A stretch of DNA of 41,725 bases, from positions 1-41,725 of the IMG/VR virus record IMGVR_UViG_3300006105_000040; one strand, written 5' to 3'. The notes beneath the pieces are model-generated. The model saw only the letters and a program-made list of their open reading frames with translations. It searched no databases and had not been told where the DNA came from. Both the position numbers and the translations under genes were made by a program. Shown here one piece after another: positions 10,000 through 18,939 of this stretch; position 1 is the first letter of the stretch, and each line of letters opens with the position of its first letter. Source of the stretch: a virus. Its lineage: Duplodnaviria; Caudoviricetes.

Positions 10000-11802
10000 A
10001 CAGTATCAGCAGCAATCACCATGCTTCACTTTATCACATTCAATAATGATAAAAATATTATGATTGTGGCAAATATTGCAAACACCGCCATAGAAATTAT
10101 AGATAAAATTAAGTCAATCTATATACAATTACCATTCTTTTTAAAAGTTGGTATTAAAAACTGGAACCAAAGATCCATCATTTTTGATAATGGATGTAGA
10201 ATTAAAAGCTCTGCTAGAACAAAAACACCAGCTATTGGTTTTACCATTGACTTTCTTTACATGGATGAATTTGCACACATTCCACCCAATATAATTGAAG
10301 CTTACTATACCGCTGCATTCCCGACTGTATCAGCTATAGAAAACTCTAAAATTATTATCACCTCTACTCCTAACGGCATGAATTTATTTTATAGATTATT
10401 AACTGATGCTGAAAGACCAGAGGGAGACCCATTAAGAAGTAACTACCGTGCAATGAGAGTTTACTGGTATCAAGTTCCTGGAAGATTTGTTACCTATTAT
10501 AGACTAAATCCTCATAAAATGCACGAATATGGTGTTGCTAAAGAACAAATATTAGAACAAACTCAACAAGTATTTGGAAGTCTGACCAAAGTTGAAATGA
10601 AATTTTATAGTGATACACAAAAGAATGTTATATTAGTTTATAATAATGATGCTTGTAGTGACCAAATGGCGAAAGCATTTCAATTTGTAGATTCAAATGG
10701 ATTAGAAGTTCCAATTCAAGCAATTTCTGAAACAACAACCTGGAAAGAAGAAGCAATCAAAGATATAGGTGGTGAAGATGCATTTAACCAAGAATATGGT
10801 CTTAGATTTATTAATTCAAGTAGATCATTATTGAATGAGGCAACAATAGAGGGATTACTAAATAATAAAAAGAATTATGAATGTGAACAAATTTATGAAT
10901 TTGATAGAAAATTGAAATTCTCTTATAAGGATTTAAAATGGATTGACGATGATGAAGTGTTTATGCCGATACATAGAAAAATTATAAGAGGCGTTCTATC
11001 AGTCGATATATCAGAAGGTTTGGGGCAAGACTATTCAATTATTAATATATTTAAACTTGCACCAAAGTCTAAGGAAATTATTGAACTACAAAAGCATACT
11101 TATACTAATATGAGTGACTTCTTTACTTTAGTTCAAATAGGACTGTTTAGGTCTAACTTAGTATCAGTTAAACAACTTGCAGAAATCTTTTACCTATTGG
11201 TATTTGAGTATCTAAACTATGATAATTTTAAAGCGGTATTGGAATTAAATAACTATGGAAATGAATTTTTAGCTCATTTACCACACGTATTTGATAGTAA
11301 TAACAACTATGGCTCAAGTATATTCTTCAAGTATAAACACAAAGCAGATGCTATTGAAGAAAGAGTTGGATTAAAAATCACAGATAATAAAAATTTACTA
11401 GTTAAAGAATATCAAGATGCTATGGATAAAAAGAAGTTTGTAATTACAAACGAAGATAACATTAGAGAGATTACTACCTTTGTTAAACATATCACATCTG
11501 CTGGAAATATAAGATATGCAGCAGATATCGGAAATGATGATACCACTATGTCCTTAGTTAATGCCTCAAGTGTTTTTGCTAAACATGATTTTAGACAGAT
11601 GTGTGAAGATTATGCGGCTACTCTCTTAGATACAGAAACAAGAAACTATTTTAATCTTATCTTGAAAGAAGCAGACTTTTCAGAAGCAGCTGACTATTCA
11701 TCTATTATTAATATAAATAAACAAAGAAAGATGATGAAACAATTTCAAAATCATGTTTATAATAACGGCAATCAGTATTTTGGTGGGAATTTTAAATTGT
11801 AA
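9550..11802 (+). CDS. terL: C-half of split intein fused to the terminase large subunit C-fragment
   Basis: Intein ends GILSHN/T; then Walker B YMDEFAH, coupling motif ITSTPNG, and nuclease motifs SVDISEGLGQDYS, LELNNYG and NDD. Confidence 0.92.
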   Translation: MFNFFRNNLIKILYLIIEVIEKIEYSKVDIDENDINKKILNTISNLNLSVKSDSGWVEMTDIHITQPYRQYYLMLSNGYYLNCADNHIVFDENHNGVFVKDLKIGNEVQTNIGLSKVISVENSGFKVSMFDSTINHKDHRYYTNGILSHNTVSAAITMLHFITFNNDKNIMIVANIANTAIEIIDKIKSIYIQLPFFLKVGIKNWNQRSIIFDNGCRIKSSARTKTPAIGFTIDFLYMDEFAHIPPNIIEAYYTAAFPTVSAIENSKIIITSTPNGMNLFYRLLTDAERPEGDPLRSNYRAMRVYWYQVPGRFVTYYRLNPHKMHEYGVAKEQILEQTQQVFGSLTKVEMKFYSDTQKNVILVYNNDACSDQMAKAFQFVDSNGLEVPIQAISETTTWKEEAIKDIGGEDAFNQEYGLRFINSSRSLLNEATIEGLLNNKKNYECEQIYEFDRKLKFSYKDLKWIDDDEVFMPIHRKIIRGVLSVDISEGLGQDYSIINIFKLAPKSKEIIELQKHTYTNMSDFFTLVQIGLFRSNLVSVKQLAEIFYLLVFEYLNYDNFKAVLELNNYGNEFLAHLPHVFDSNNNYGSSIFFKYKHKADAIEERVGLKITDNKNLLVKEYQDAMDKKKFVITNEDNIREITTFVKHITSAGNIRYAADIGNDDTTMSLVNASSVFAKHDFRQMCEDYAATLLDTETRNYFNLILKEADFSEAADYSSIININKQRKMMKQFQNHVYNNGNQYFGGNFKL

Positions 11803-12084
11803 TTAGGCATTTTCCATGCTAACAGTTAAATTATTACTTTTCAATTTATTGTATATTTTTGTCATTTCTTCCAAGGATCCTCTTTTAGCGTCACATTTAC
11901 CAGTAAAATGAACAATATGTGCTATTTGTTGAGCCACTTCTAACTCATGTCCACATATGGTCATCATACAATTAATGACATGATCAAATGAATTATAATC
12001 ATCATTGTGTAACCATACAATGTATGGTGAATTGAGTTTATCTTGTAAATCAGTTTGTTGTTGTTTTTTAGTTATCGTTGGCAT
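11803..12084 (-). CDS. clpS: ATP-dependent Clp protease adaptor ClpS
   Basis: LHNDDYNSFDHVI...AQQIAHIVHFTGKC signature. Confidence 0.88.
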   Translation of the reverse strand: MPTITKKQQQTDLQDKLNSPYIVWLHNDDYNSFDHVINCMMTICGHELEVAQQIAHIVHFTGKCDAKRGSLEEMTKIYNKLKSNNLTVSMENA

Positions 12085-12173
12085 ATATCACTATTTATTA
12101 AATTTTATTTTTTTCCATTAGAGTAAATTAAAACTGAATCTATTTTTTATGTTCAGATATCTTAGGTAACATT

Positions 12174-12677
12174 TTATAACATTTGTTTTTTGTTAATTAC
12201 ATCAATAATAGTTACCTTAATACGTTGTTTCTTTCCCCATTCTACAAATCTATCTAAATGCTCATGTCTATCATCAAAAAGTATAAGCTCTTCAGCGTTA
12301 GGATTTACATTGATTAATGTTTCAAATAAATAACATTTGAAGTTAAATGTATCTCCACCTGTATTACAATAAACATCACATTTAATATCATGTAAATCTA
12401 AAACCTTTTTTACATGAGGCTCTAACTTTTTCAATCTACCTGTTGCAATAAAAACATAGTTAGAAGGATCGGATTGATATTCATCAAATTTGTTGAAAAC
12501 CCACTGGTTTAAAGCAGGATAAAATATCTTGGTATTCAGAGATTCTGGATTTCCCCACCATCCCCTACCTTGAAAACTCAATCCGGTTTTATTTTCCCAC
12601 TCTAATCTTCCAGTTTCAGGAGTCGGTGTGTGAATTAAAGTGTTATCGAAATCAAAACTAATAAGACGATTAAACAT
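12174..12677 (-). CDS. HAD-superfamily phosphatase (Swiss-army-knife RNA-repair type)
   Basis: FDFDNTL (motif I), WW, ATGR (motif II), K, and FDDR (motif IV). Confidence 0.75.
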   Translation of the reverse strand: MFNRLISFDFDNTLIHTPTPETGRLEWENKTGLSFQGRGWWGNPESLNTKIFYPALNQWVFNKFDEYQSDPSNYVFIATGRLKKLEPHVKKVLDLHDIKCDVYCNTGGDTFNFKCYLFETLINVNPNAEELILFDDRHEHLDRFVEWGKKQRIKVTIIDVINKKQML

Positions 12678-12723
12678 TGAATTTATTTATTTTTAGAGAG
12701 AAAATAATTTTAGATATATATTA

Positions 12724-12731
12724 CAAATATA
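12724..12731 (-). promoter_or_regulatory. Bacteroidota-type -7 promoter element
   Basis: TATATTTG on the minus strand matches TAnnTTTG, upstream of the HAD gene. Confidence 0.55.
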
Positions 12732-12761
12732 GACAAAGTTTTTGTAAAAATAAAATAATTT

Positions 12762-13172
12762 ATGGCTGAAGATCAACAAACATCTGATATTTCCAATAAA
12801 AAAATAGTTTATTCTATTATTGGTCTTATTATAACAATTATTATGTGGACTTTTTCAGGTATCAAAGATAATCAAAATCTTCAAAATCAAATTAAACAAA
12901 TACAAAAGCAAAGAGATTCATTACAAAATAATATTAATAATCTACAAACTGATTATAAATCTTTACAAAGTGCAGACTCATTAAAATATATAAGATTACA
13001 ACAAATTAATGATAGTTTAGTAAATATCGAAAGTGATTTACAAAACTCATTAGATAATTTAAATAATCTACAATCTTCAGTGGATTCTATTAATAATAAA
13101 ATAAAAAATGACACATTTATTAAAAGAACTGGTGATGATTTAATAAATTCACTTAGAAAGAAATTAAATTAA
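12762..13172 (+). CDS. N-terminally anchored coiled-coil membrane protein (i-spanin-like)
   Basis: Single TM IVYSIIGLIITIIMWTF followed by a long Q/N/L heptad region. Confidence 0.5.
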   Translation: MAEDQQTSDISNKKIVYSIIGLIITIIMWTFSGIKDNQNLQNQIKQIQKQRDSLQNNINNLQTDYKSLQSADSLKYIRLQQINDSLVNIESDLQNSLDNLNNLQSSVDSINNKIKNDTFIKRTGDDLINSLRKKLN

Positions 13173-13173
13173 T

Positions 13174-13674
13174 ATGAAAAAACTATTAATATTGATATTT
13201 ATTTTAATTAGCTTTAGTTTAAAATCACAAACTATATACCCATCATATTATATTAAAAATGGTGATACATTAGGTGTTATTATAACAATTCAACAAGCTC
13301 AAAAAATAGATAATGATTATGATTTATTATCATTATTAAAAGAATATAAAACAAAACAAGACAAATTAGATTCATCTTATCTCGTGGTTATAGATAATTA
13401 TGGTAAAGAAGTGGCTACTTTAAAACTAAAAATATCTACATTAGAAGACTTAAATAATGGAAAAAATTTAGAAATAGCTAACCTAAAATCACAAATAGAT
13501 GGATATAAGCAAGACAAATTATTATCAGATTTACAATTAGCAAAAAAGGATACTATTATTAGTAATTATAAAGTTCAAAATATAAAATTAAAAGTTCAAA
13601 GAACAGTAGCATTTGGTGTAGGAGGTGGATTAACAATAGTCGGAATTATACTTTTGCTATTTGTAAAAAAATGA
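13174..13674 (+). CDS. Signal-peptide coiled-coil protein with a C-terminal TM (candidate spanin partner)
   Basis: Signal peptide MKKLLILIFILISFSLKS/Q, coiled coil, C-terminal hydrophobic GGGLTIVGIILLLFV. Confidence 0.5.
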   Translation: MKKLLILIFILISFSLKSQTIYPSYYIKNGDTLGVIITIQQAQKIDNDYDLLSLLKEYKTKQDKLDSSYLVVIDNYGKEVATLKLKISTLEDLNNGKNLEIANLKSQIDGYKQDKLLSDLQLAKKDTIISNYKVQNIKLKVQRTVAFGVGGGLTIVGIILLLFVKK

Positions 13675-13722
13675 CTTTTTGTTTATAATATATAGTAATA
13701 TAAAAAAATTATTTCTTAAAAA

Positions 13723-14283
13723 ATGAAACATGTAAGAAAATTTGAATCATATTCTAAAAAAAGAAAATTAGACCAAGCGATTAAAGAAAGCGTTATGGTT
13801 GTTGATGATGTATATAAAGTAAGAGTCACTGCGGATATACCTCAATCTTTATTAAATGCTTATATTAAAAAAGTTAAAGATACTTTAGATAAAAATGCGA
13901 GACAATTTTTCTCTGATGTTGAATTAGCAGAAGAAATTACAAAATTTGTTCTACAACAAGGTTTAAATATCGATAAGTTAGAACCATCAGCTTTATTTGG
14001 TGGATCACCTCAAGCTCAAAGTCAAGCTCAGAGTCAAGCTCAAAGTCAGCCTCAAGTTCAAGTTCAATCAGAGCCAGCTCAATCACAAGCCCAAGGCCAA
14101 CCACAAGCCCAAGGACAACCACAAGCCCAAGGCCAACCACAAGCTCAACCAGCTCAAGGCCAATCACAAGGTGAATTTGAAGAAGTTCAAGGTCAAGAAA
14201 AGAAAGAAGAAGGTGAAGAAGAAGTAGCTCAAGGTGAAGAGGAAAAGAAAGAAGGTGAAGAAGAAACTGAATTACCTATTTAA
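13723..14283 (+). CDS. Hypothetical late protein with CTS-like N-terminus and Q/E-rich tail
   Basis: MKHVRKFES start, QAQGQP repeats, acidic tail; late motif at 13686-13694. Confidence 0.7.
   Translation: MKHVRKFESYSKKRKLDQAIKESVMVVDDVYKVRVTADIPQSLLNAYIKKVKDTLDKNARQFFSDVELAEEITKFVLQQGLNIDKLEPSALFGGSPQAQSQAQSQAQSQPQVQVQSEPAQSQAQGQPQAQGQPQAQGQPQAQPAQGQSQGEFEEVQGQEKKEEGEEEVAQGEEEKKEGEEETELPI
14010..14170 (+). repeat. Coding tandem repeats (QAQS 12-bp and QAQGQP 18-bp units)
   Basis: caagcccaagg(c/a)caacca three times, plus caagctca(a/g)agt three times. Confidence 0.85.
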
Positions 14284-14298
14284 TTATTAAATAAATTA

Positions 14299-14328
14299 AA
14301 AAAACCCACTTAACTAAGTGGGTTTTTT
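14299..14328. terminator. Bidirectional intrinsic terminator
   Basis: aaaaaacccactt-aact-aagtgggtttttt between convergent genes. Confidence 0.8.
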
Positions 14329-14579
14329 ATTTGTATATCATCACCAATTTCATTATTTATAAAGTCTTTTACTTCAACTTCAATAGTTTCTGGATCACCA
14401 TCAATTTCTAAGACTAAATAATATCTATTATTAATTCTTTGTTTATCTAGTAATTTTCCTTCAACAATTTTAGGTTTAATAAAATCTTTATCGACGGCAG
14501 GTATCGGAAAACGAGGGGCCAAATAAGTGGTTTCATATCCATCTCCAAAGAAGCCTTCAAATGTTTTTAAATATTTCAT
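14310..14579 (-). CDS. Small hypothetical late protein with CTS-like N-terminus
   Basis: MKYLKTFE start; late motif at 14585-14593. Confidence 0.65.
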   Translation of the reverse strand: MKYLKTFEGFFGDGYETTYLAPRFPIPAVDKDFIKPKIVEGKLLDKQRINNRYYLVLEIDGDPETIEVEVKDFINNEIGDDIQIKNPLS

Positions 14580-14739
14580 TAGGTTATATATTATTTTTAA
14601 TATATATAATATGGATATAGTCGGGTACTTATAGTTTTGGTCTAATTACTCCAACAGATATGTTAGCTGGTTTGGCACTTAGAGATTAAATCTATTTAAT
14701 TTGTCATTTAAATAAAATATAATTTTAATATATACATAT

Positions 14740-16248
14740 ATGAAGTATCTAAAGATATTTGATGCATTTAATGATCCAATTATTTATAATATAGAAAATA
14801 AACACCCATTTTCCGAATTATATAAAGATGATATATTAACACATTTCATTGATAAAGTAGATAGTGGTGATATTAAAATTGAATTCTATGATGAAAATAA
14901 AGTCACGAATTCTTTATGGTCAAGTTGGAGAACTAAATTCATGTCTATTCATAATCTTTATAATAGAGATAATATTAATCCTGATGCGGATTCTATTATA
15001 ATGAGTATGGAGTTAAAACATCCATACATGGTTAGAAATTATTCTTTTGACTATGAAAATTATGCGAAACAAATACTCATTCAATATTTTAAAAGATTCT
15101 ATAATCATTGGAATATAAATATATTTTTTGGACTTAAAACAATAATCAATTCGGGTAAATATTTCTGTGAGGTTATAATAATTATTCAAGATAACTTACA
15201 CGATTTTAGATATAAACAAGTATTAAGACCGGGTGAAAAAGTAAGAGAATCTAAAGAATCTGAGGATATTGAAGAAGTTGAAGATTATTTTTTAGAATTA
15301 AGTGACCATAAAGATGACGAGTTACCTATTAAAGTAGAAGTAACACGTCATTTAGTTAATAAATCCGATAGTGGCCAAGGTCGTAGAAAACTAAGAGATT
15401 TATCAGTTAAAAAGAGAATACCAGGATATAAAATTTGTATTTTCTATGATATTTATGACCAAGTATATGTTGAAAAGACAATATCTGTTGCTTTAAAGAG
15501 AATGGATCCATACTATGATGTGTATTATAATCAAATTTCTAAATTTGGCAATGGATATAACTCTAAAGAAATACCTGTACATGGTACAAATAGAGTTGCT
15601 TATGTATCAGATCCAATTTGGAAACAAACAATTACTGTTGCTCCAAAAAATATAAATGAATCTTCTAATAATGAATCCAATTTAATTATAGTAGATGTGC
15701 AACCAGCATTTAAAAAATTCTTTACTGATAATTATGTTCAAAAGCTAAAAGAATATGCTCAGAAATATACTTATGTTTATCAAATATGGGATAATCACTA
15801 TCAAGGAACAAATGTAGATAAAGATTATTTATATGATAAAAAGCCAGATATACCAAATGCTGATTTATATAATTTCGGGGAACAGGATTTGATAGAGAAG
15901 AGGTACCAATATGATGTTGATGTTGATTTTTATAAAAAAATATTAGATAAAGAAACATATAAAGATGTTAAATATAAAGAAGATAAGGGCTTATTGAGAA
16001 GAGGAAATTATTTTCCAACAACTGAAGGAACTATTATTGTTTATATAGGAAATCGGCATGTTTGGTATCACACCCCGAAGAAATTATATGAATTATTTGT
16101 TAAATTAAAAGGAAGTGAAGTTACTATGGTAGGTGGCAGTTTTCTGGAATGCTACACAGACATTGAGACAACAGCTAAATCACTTGGTGTATCTATAAAA
16201 CAAAATCATAATTATATCTACACAGCAACATACTGCCCTATTAAATAA
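14740..16248 (+). CDS. Multidomain protein with a C-terminal isochorismatase/cysteine-hydrolase-like domain
   Basis: MKYLKIFD start; C-terminal domain LIIVDVQPAF...IEK...VTMVGGSFLECY. Confidence 0.6.
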   Translation: MKYLKIFDAFNDPIIYNIENKHPFSELYKDDILTHFIDKVDSGDIKIEFYDENKVTNSLWSSWRTKFMSIHNLYNRDNINPDADSIIMSMELKHPYMVRNYSFDYENYAKQILIQYFKRFYNHWNINIFFGLKTIINSGKYFCEVIIIIQDNLHDFRYKQVLRPGEKVRESKESEDIEEVEDYFLELSDHKDDELPIKVEVTRHLVNKSDSGQGRRKLRDLSVKKRIPGYKICIFYDIYDQVYVEKTISVALKRMDPYYDVYYNQISKFGNGYNSKEIPVHGTNRVAYVSDPIWKQTITVAPKNINESSNNESNLIIVDVQPAFKKFFTDNYVQKLKEYAQKYTYVYQIWDNHYQGTNVDKDYLYDKKPDIPNADLYNFGEQDLIEKRYQYDVDVDFYKKILDKETYKDVKYKEDKGLLRRGNYFPTTEGTIIVYIGNRHVWYHTPKKLYELFVKLKGSEVTMVGGSFLECYTDIETTAKSLGVSIKQNHNYIYTATYCPIK

Positions 16249-16292
16249 ATTATAAGTAAAAGCTACTATAAATCCAAATCAAATTTTTACTT

Positions 16293-16492
16293 ATGAACAA
16301 TAAGATGGATTTATATAATGATGATTGCTTTAATATACTGCCAAAAATATCAGACAAAAGCGTTGATATGATATGTGCAGATTTACCATATGGCACAACA
16401 AGGTGTAAATGGGATAGCATTCTACCATTGTAGGAATAGAAAAGGAATTAGAATATTATAATATATCCTTAAAAAGAATATCTTCTGTTTAA
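16293..16492 (+). pseudogene. Internally deleted beta-class N4/N6 DNA methyltransferase remnant
   Basis: [46 protein letters not shown] (16293-16433) joins, in another frame, GIEKELEYYNISLKRISSV* (16433-16492). Confidence 0.8.
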
Positions 16493-16803
16493 ATATCAAA
16501 TCCAATTTTAGGTTTATCTAAATTATTTACCAATTCCACCAATACATCACCATGACAAGTCTTTGGCTTACACCAACATCCAAGGGTTTTACCTTTTAAT
16601 TCATGCAAGTCATTTAATAGATATTTACCATCACCATTTGTGATCCATTCTCTATAAGCTTCAATACACTCTTTCCTTGTTGATAATATGAATTGGGCTC
16701 TGGTTCCCTTTTTATATGAAAAGGGGCAACCCCACTTACTTGTTCGATCGATTAATATATCATATGGTTCCTTCTTATGATGAACCACTTTACATTTTTT
16801 CAT
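16489..16803 (-). CDS. DUF4326-like protein
   Basis: VVH...YDILIDRTSKWGCPF...ELKGKTLGCWCKPKTCHGDVL; likely start MKKCKVV at 16803. Confidence 0.75.
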   Translation of the reverse strand: MKKCKVVHHKKEPYDILIDRTSKWGCPFSYKKGTRAQFILSTRKECIEAYREWITNGDGKYLLNDLHELKGKTLGCWCKPKTCHGDVLVELVNNLDKPKIGFDI

Positions 16804-18517
16804 ACACCCATCTTTTTTGACCACACCCCCATATTCTATAATATCCTCTTTCATGCATTATTTCTACCTCGGTTTTAGCACCATCAAATCCATCTTTAAT
16901 TAACTTTTTCTTATTATAATTAAACCTATGTCTTCTGACACCATTAACTATCCAGAAATAATTGGGTTCTGATGTAGAGATATACTTAAAATTTAACTTC
17001 TCGTACATACCACCAGTGAACATAGATATATCCGAATAGGATATAACTCTATTAAAATCAAAATTATTCAAAAAATATTTGAATAATTTTGAACTAGCTC
17101 CAATGACTGAAAATCCAATCTTATTACAAAATCTAATTAGTTCATATTCTTTCTTTGAATTCGTAAATCTATATCCAAACGTCATTAAACTAACTAACTC
17201 ATTGTTATAATATAATCCTAATTTTAGTGATGATGCAGAAAATCCTTGAATGTGATTATTATCTAGAAAAACTCTTGAAACATCAGAAGAAACTTCTCTA
17301 ATTTGGCAATTTCTGGCATATATTCTATTACTTATAATACCAATTCTATTTAATAAAATAGATTTAATTATATCTGATTTATTTCTCCAATCATCCTCCC
17401 AAATATGAATTAAATTTATTCCCTTTTCTTCACAAAATTTAGTTTTATCTAAATGATAATATCTTTTTTTATAAAGCTCACTATGCCAATATAATCCATT
17501 GAATTCTATCGCCAAATTTAAATTTGGCATATATATGTCAATTTCCTTCCCATCTAAAATAGTTCTATCATTTTTAATATATTCGATATTATTTTCTTCT
17601 AAAAGGCTTAATATTTCAGACTGATATGATGATGTTTTATTGTATAATGGATTACAATTGATGCATATAGTTCTATTAGTACTAACTCTTTGATATAAAA
17701 CATATATTAATATATTATACTCTGAATTACAATTCTTACATATAATGTCAACATTTCCATCATTATAACTTTTGACATCCAAATTTAGATTACTTAATTT
17801 AAGTAGATATTTTTCTGTCATTTTTTTCTTTCTAGAAACTTGCATATTTTTCAAAATATCTTCAAATTGAAAATGATGTTCCTTACCAGTTTTTTCTAAA
17901 TAATTATTTTTTCTTTTTTCTAATATTTCCTTGCTCATTATTGGAAATTGATAACCCCATTTGTTGAGATTTGATTCAATTGTTTTTGATTTTATATCAT
18001 CAGACTTTGATACATTATCAACTCCATACTTTTGTAAAGTCGAATTTTGTCTTTTTTTATTTATTTCATTTTTTTGATCAGCTGATATATTCCTTTTTGA
18101 ATTGGATACTTTATTTTTAACTAATTCTGATTTTGATGCAATATCAAATCCCCATTTTTCTAAATTTGTTGCCTTTATTTTGTCTCTAACTTCTTTATTT
18201 CCTATTAAACTTTTTACTCCATATTTTTTAATCATAGATTCCTCTCTAATTTTTTTAAAATCTGGATCATCATTTGAACACTTATTACTACAATAAACAG
18301 AATAACAACCATTGTAAAATTTAACTTGATTTGTACAAATTTTACATATTGGTATTGATACTATATTATTATAGTAATTATAAATTTTAACTTTGAATGG
18401 AATATCAGGATTATTGATATTAAAATCAATAATGTTATTATATAATAATATGTGTTTTTTAACACATCTTTCAGCCCATAAGATTTTGTCCAGTATCTCT
18501 AATTCTAGTCTATCCAT
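16790..18517 (-). CDS. Hef-like homing endonuclease (KYG repeats + Vsr-like nuclease + C-terminal GNAT-like domain)
   Basis: Cys clusters, KYGV/KWG repeats, EIDIY...IEFNGLYWH...IWEDDW, then NHIQG...ELIRFC...SYSD. Confidence 0.75.
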   Translation of the reverse strand: MDRLELEILDKILWAERCVKKHILLYNNIIDFNINNPDIPFKVKIYNYYNNIVSIPICKICTNQVKFYNGCYSVYCSNKCSNDDPDFKKIREESMIKKYGVKSLIGNKEVRDKIKATNLEKWGFDIASKSELVKNKVSNSKRNISADQKNEINKKRQNSTLQKYGVDNVSKSDDIKSKTIESNLNKWGYQFPIMSKEILEKRKNNYLEKTGKEHHFQFEDILKNMQVSRKKKMTEKYLLKLSNLNLDVKSYNDGNVDIICKNCNSEYNILIYVLYQRVSTNRTICINCNPLYNKTSSYQSEILSLLEENNIEYIKNDRTILDGKEIDIYMPNLNLAIEFNGLYWHSELYKKRYYHLDKTKFCEEKGINLIHIWEDDWRNKSDIIKSILLNRIGIISNRIYARNCQIREVSSDVSRVFLDNNHIQGFSASSLKLGLYYNNELVSLMTFGYRFTNSKKEYELIRFCNKIGFSVIGASSKLFKYFLNNFDFNRVISYSDISMFTGGMYEKLNFKYISTSEPNYFWIVNGVRRHRFNYNKKKLIKDGFDGAKTEVEIMHERGYYRIWGCGQKRWVYEKM

Positions 18518-18579
18518 AATATTATATATTATAGTTATAAATAAGTTTTATGATATCAAACGAATTATCGAATTTTACT

Positions 18580-18939
18580 TTATAACGAATGTAACCCCTG
18601 CCCATCATTAGAAGACTCTATACTTATTACTTTAATGAGATTTTCATTATCTCCTTTTTTCTTATAAATCTCATTAAATCCTTTCGCAAGCCCTCTTTTG
18701 AACACTTCAGTAAAGTATGCGAACGGATTATCTGACTTCTCCTCATTGAAGTTATACCAGTTACCGAACATATCTAATAGACCGCTTTGATAGCAATCCA
18801 TTTTATCATCATTACTCCAATATCTCATTTTTTTAATGGTTCGTTTAGCTAAAATTTCTAACATTAATTTAGCTTTATTGGTCAATTTTCCTTGGGACTT
18901 CGAGACAACTATCTCGCTAAATAAATCCCTGTTATGCAA
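18580..18939 (-). CDS. Late-transcription sigma factor (T4 gp55-like)
   Basis: (YL)HNRDL...NFNEEKSDNPFAYFT signature; no in-frame ATG at the 5' end (TTG 18939 or ATC 18945). Confidence 0.8.
   Translation of the reverse strand: MHNRDLFSEIVVSKSQGKLTNKAKLMLEILAKRTIKKMRYWSNDDKMDCYQSGLLDMFGNWYNFNEEKSDNPFAYFTEVFKRGLAKGFNEIYKKKGDNENLIKVISIESSNDGQGLHSL

Noticed and set aside
10486-10740. Second intein in TerL
   Set aside because: No N-terminal C/S block A and no HN-C/S/T terminus; treated as an inserted domain.
14611-14715. TAG stop-codon reassignment suggested by a promoter-linked ORF with two in-frame TAGs
   Set aside because: ThyA and several other genes end at TAG at their expected C-termini, and long genes are intact in the standard code. 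This is more likely a decayed or spurious mini-ORF.
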